A stretch of DNA of 64,000 bases from Sphagnum compactum (Eukaryota), in contig OZ234493.1 in the NCBI GenBank assembly GCA_965153455.1, positions 35,516,213 to 35,580,212 of the forward strand, given 5' to 3'. The notes under the pieces were generated by a model. It was not told the origin of the DNA, did not search any database, and saw nothing but the letters and a program-made list of their open reading frames with translations. Below are positions 59,672-64,000 of this stretch, one piece after another. A program made the translations under genes and the position numbers. Numbering within the stretch: position 1 is the stretch's first letter; every line of letters begins with the position of its first letter.

Positions 59672-60513
59672 TGTAACCCTAAATCAGGTTACATCAACTT
59701 CTGGGTGTCACTGATCAGGGAAGTGGGCTGTTGGTTAGTAGGAGCCGTTTGTTTCCATGACGGCTACTTTTACTTTACTTCCACATGGGAAGCTTTGTTG
59801 ATTTGGGAGAGGGGTGATGCACTGAGAGATTTGCATGGCGGCTGCACTGAATGGGTATGGAGCCTGTGTGGCGGCTCCGAATTATGGCTAGGGTCGGCGA
59901 TGCAATTATGGAGAATGGCGGTTTGGCACGGGAGAATGGCTGAAGCTTCTGGACGAAGCTAACGATTGAGGAATTAAGGATAGGAAGGACAGGTTTTAGA
60001 ACGGACAATTTTTGGGGGGAGAGAGGAAGGAAGACAGTAGTGAGGAGAGAGGTAGGAGTTGGATAGGGAAGAGCTTGGCTGTACTGAGAATTTTCCGCTG
60101 CGTCTGAGGTAGAGTTGAGCTCCTGTTGCAGAAATAGACAAGAGGAATTAGGGCGAGGGAGGGCAGCACATGGGGGAACGATCGGACCCTCTTCTTTCTT
60201 TTTGTGTACTGCTGATGGCAAGAATTGCTTGAGCCGTCGAGGATGTACATATTCTGTGAATGAGAATGAAGAATTCCTTTTTGAAATCGCATCAGTGTGG
60301 AAGTACATGATAGGAAGTGTGAGTCGTTGAATTGCTGTGTCGATGTGTCTGTCAGTCTGTGAATCATTGAGGAATCAGGGAGAGCAGGAAGCAGTTTGAG
60401 TTTTGGAAATGGAAAGCTGTCAGCGGGTGTGAGACCGATTTGTAGAACATAGACGCCAGGGTCCACATCAGATGGTGTATGTGTCGTCTGTTTTCACAGG
60501 ACCCCCTTCTTTT

Positions 60514-60525
60514 TGGTATCAGAGC
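60514..60525 (+). promoter_or_regulatory. Primer binding site complementary to the tRNA-iMet 3' end
   Basis: TGGTATCAGAGC, the canonical plant iMet PBS. Confidence 0.85.
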
Positions 60526-60590
60526 ATGGTTGCATGTGTGAGTCTCGATAGGACCTAAGAATGTGTAAATGCAATGACAGTTGAGTCATC

Positions 60591-61254
60591 ATGTCGTCGT
60601 CGAGCGCAGATGAGATTCCGGCAGAAAAACTAACTCAGGACATGCGGGAGCAACGAATCATCATTGCCTTCGATTTTTTCACTAATTTGGGTGGACCACC
60701 GAGAGGGTCTGTTGTCCTGCGTTTTTTTGGTTTCGGCCTCATCACCATTGTAGGAATAGAACCTGAAGAGGCTCGCATAGGAGATATAGCAGTAGAGATC
60801 GCTCACAGTGGATTTTACACTCGCGCCGAGGTTTGGGTGAAGGTGAGTAATGGATCAAGGGGCTGGGTCTCAACCTCCCAGTTGCAGACACAGTACTACT
60901 TCATGACGTACCTTGCGTAGAGTGACGCCCTCGTCTGCTGAGCGACAACGTAGTATGCCAAGACTGGGGGACATTTGGGTTCCCAAATCGACTCCTTCAG
61001 CAAACCATTTTCCCAGGCTTTACATCCCTGGAGTGGAGGACTTGTTCCAGACTGGAGATCACATTATCCAAGTGGAGCATGGTGGGTCGAGGTCGCGTCT
61101 GATCAGTTGGAGGATCTGGCGCGATGCAGGAGAAAGCTGGCAATTCCAGCAGGAGTCCTCAGATGAGCAAATCTTTTCTCTTATTCCGTCTAACTTCTCG
61201 CCTTTACCTTTAAGACTTGTCGCTGAAGGTGAGCAGTCTACGTTCTTTGGTTGA
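60591..61254 (+). CDS. Extra ORF (ORF0) upstream of gag, split by a +1 frame change at about 60913; function unknown
   Basis: ATG at 60591 just after the PBS; 109-aa and 113-aa open frames overlap at 60913-60920, both with protein-like composition. Confidence 0.4.
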
Positions 61255-61279
61255 ATCGCAACTGACTCTGTCTTAAAGG

Positions 61280-64000
61280 TTGTGGATTAGTGTTGCACTT
61301 CCCTTTAGGATGACAAGTCCACAAGGTATGGACGAATTGTTCTGGGGGCGCGAGCATGAAGACGTCAGTGATTGGGCTGAAAGGCTCACCATGGCTGCTG
61401 AGGTGCGAGACCTCAATGCGGACAAGCTTTTTAAGATTGCTAAGCTCAACTTGAGAGGACGGGCCCGTGAATGGTTCAGGAAGCTGCAGCCAGCGCCGGC
61501 TGACTGGCTTGAGCTGAGAACACAGATTTTGCAGAAGTATGGCAAGGTGGACACTGATGACATTCGAATGAAGCTCGATGTCATCAAGCAGGAGCCCAAG
61601 GAACGGGTGCAGAGATATTTTGAGCGATTGGATAAATTGTTTCAGCGGGGGAAAATCCCCGATGCTGAGCAAAGGAGGCGATTTCTGGGTAAGTTGAGAC
61701 CAGAAATTAGGAAAATATGTGTTGTTAGGACCTACGCTGACATAGAAGAAATGGTGGGTGTTGCCACAGAACTCGAAAGGGTGCTGGGTGAGCTCGGCGA
61801 AACTCCCTTCGAACCTCTTAAGGAAGAGCAGGAGGAAGGAGTTGCAGAGACAATGATGGAGAAGCAAGTGAATGCTTTCAATGATACGCTTGTCAATTTC
61901 ATGAAGGGGAATGTGTCCAAACCTGTCACACCGTCCTCTTCCAGCATGTCTACAATGTGCCAGATTTGTAGAGGAGGAGACCACACCGCCTTAACATGTC
62001 CGAGGCTCAATGAACCCCGGCCCAAATGTGCTAAATGTGGGATGCCGCATAGGACAGAGAATTGTGGTGTGAAGTGTTCCTTTTGTGCAGGATTAGGGCA
62101 TTCGGAGGACAGATGCTGGAAGAAACCAAGGGATGGGAAGATGCACCCCGGATCAGCTAACTTCCTGGAAGTGATGCTGGATGATGAGGAAGCGACTCTT
62201 CACCGGCTTAACGAGCTGTGTGGGAGTGAGAACTTGTTCTCCTACACTCGGGTACCAAGAAGAAGAAATCCTGTGGAGGTTACGCCAGCAGCGTCTGGAC
62301 TAACAGCTGACGCTACAAATGTGGGAGCAGAAGGCAATCGGGAAGGGTCTGTCAAGTCTAAGATTCTCTCCCACTTTATCAAAGGAAAGGTATCACTGAC
62401 GCCGATGGAGACAATGATGATGATACCGGGAGAACTGGAGCACCTTGAGAATCTTGTGAAGGTAGCTCAAAGAAAGAAAGACACGGAGGCGGCAAACACC
62501 CAAGTGACGATGGTTTCAGCCGTCCCAACACTCAGGCGCCTGTACATCAGCAAGACGCACAGGAGCAAAACACTCCACCTTTCGGTGGAAGTGAATCAAT
62601 GTTTGATTGAGGGACTGGTGGACACTGGAGCATCCATGTCAGTCATGGCAGCTGCAGTGGTTCGAAAGCTGGGTCTAATGCATTTGGTAACTGGATCGGA
62701 AGCATACAAGACGGCCTCAGGTGCCATTACGCAGGCACTCGGCTGAATTGAGGAGGTGCCGATAAAAGTTGGAGGGGTACAATGCAGGATGACATTCATG
62801 GTTGTGGATACTGATAGCTATGATGTTTTGCTCGGGCTTGATCTGCTGATCAAGATTGGTGCGATTGTGGATGTAGAGCAGGGACTGATCCAAGTCAGGC
62901 GAGGTCCTGGCGCTGATGTGGAAGTGCTGCCACTCACCATGGTAAACCTGTTGCAGAGGTCGGGGTCAGCCACTGGTGACCACCATGATGATTGTGTTCA
63001 GAGACAAGCACCTGGAATTACGGAAATGAGGAGGGGAGCGTCCTATTTGTCTCGACAAGATACGGGTAAACAGTTAGCTGAGCTGGAATCTGAGTCGGAT
63101 TCTGGCTCAAGCGAAGAATCTGATGAAGAGAATCAAGCGGGGGGTACAGTTGAAGGTGAATCTGAGTTCGGGAACATCGAACTTGAAGATTTAGTGTCAA
63201 AAGAGGGGCCACCACAAATTCTGTAGCTGATGCTGCAAAACAAAGCAGACGATTTGCTGAAAGAGGAGATTACTGATGATGAGGATTATGCCGACTGGAT
63301 CCAATGGGCTGCAGAAGAGGAGCAACGTATGCAGAGCCTTTCGGAAGCAGCAATTGCAGCCGAAGAATCCGTGCTACTGCAGCTTCAGCAGATGGAGGTC
63401 GTTGATTCGAGTGGCTGTGTAGAGGAGCGCATCATGAAGAACCCCAAGGAGGACACACGGTGGGGCGAAATTTGTCAGAAGATCAGAATTGATCAGCACT
63501 TGGACAAAGGGATGGAGCGACAGTTATGGTGCGTTCTGGAACAATATCAAGATGTATTCGCCTGGAACAAAAGGGAACTTGGATGTTGCAACGTTGGAGA
63601 GCATCAAATCGACACACAAGGGTTCCCACCTTGTAAGGTAGCCCTTGGTCGATTGTCGTATTGGGAAGAGGTAGAGGTAAACAGGCAGATTAATGTGTTG
63701 GTCGAGTTGGGAAAAATGCGGCCAAGCAACTCAGCATACGCCTGCCGTGTAACTCTGCCTGTCAAGAAAGATGGAAGTAGACGATTCTGTGGGGATTACA
63801 GACCCCTCAATTTGCAAACTCGGAGGGATTCATTCCCCATGCCTCTTGTGGAGGATATCATTTCTCAATTGGGCAAGTCAGCATGGTTCACTGCACTGGA
63901 TCTGCAGTCGGGATTCTGGCAGATCAAGATGGCTCCAGAGGACATGGGAAAGACGGCACTGGTTACTAAAAGTGGGTTGTTCGAATGGACTGTCATGCCA
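61280..64000 (+). pseudogene. Gag-pol polyprotein in a single frame with two in-frame stops (TGA 62744-62746, TAG 63224-63226)
   Basis: Retrotransposon gag (LRGRAREWF, QEPKERVQRYFER), three CCHC-type knuckles, protease LVDTGAS, and RT motifs KKDGSRRFCGDYRPLN, FTALDLQSGFWQI and KTALVTKSGLFEWTVMP. Confidence 0.9.

Larger units (their letters stand above)
59672..64000 (+). mobile_element. Ty3/gypsy LTR retrotransposon (5' part, runs off the window)
   Basis: Abrupt junction starting TGTAACC, iMet PBS, then gag-zinc knuckles-protease-RT order with a Ty3-type RT. Confidence 0.92.

Noticed and set aside
59775..61984. Antisense ORFs over the retrotransposon LTR and gag (177, 156 and 248 aa)
   Set aside because: No recognisable motifs; expected shadow frames of GC-balanced sequence.

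Overview
Eukaryotic land-plant nuclear DNA. The intron-rich genes and dense AT-rich repeats look bryophyte/moss-like, which is an inference. I reconstructed three intact spliced genes by hand from GT-AG boundaries: a taxilin-family coiled-coil gene (+, 127-5001, 12 exons), a plastid-type NAD-GAPDH, GAPCp (-, 21408-16372, 14 exons), and an aconitase with a long N-terminal presequence (-, 43604-34578, 19 exons). A two-exon mitochondrial ATP synthase epsilon gene that the ORF track misses lies at 13009-11479 (-); it is disabled by an in-frame TAA and a 13-bp duplication. The intergenic DNA holds MITEs, tandem repeats, tRNA-derived (Pol III A/B box) remnants, and decayed Myb/SANT (Harbinger-like) and hAT transposase fragments. 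A Ty3/gypsy LTR retrotransposon inserted into a hAT remnant at about 59672 runs off the window end. It has an unusual 5' architecture, an extra ORF upstream of gag, and two nonsense codons in gag-pol. No CRISPR array, rRNA or intact tRNA was found, and nothing here clearly demonstrates a new biological system; the best candidates are the retrotransposon ORF0 and its 5' layout.
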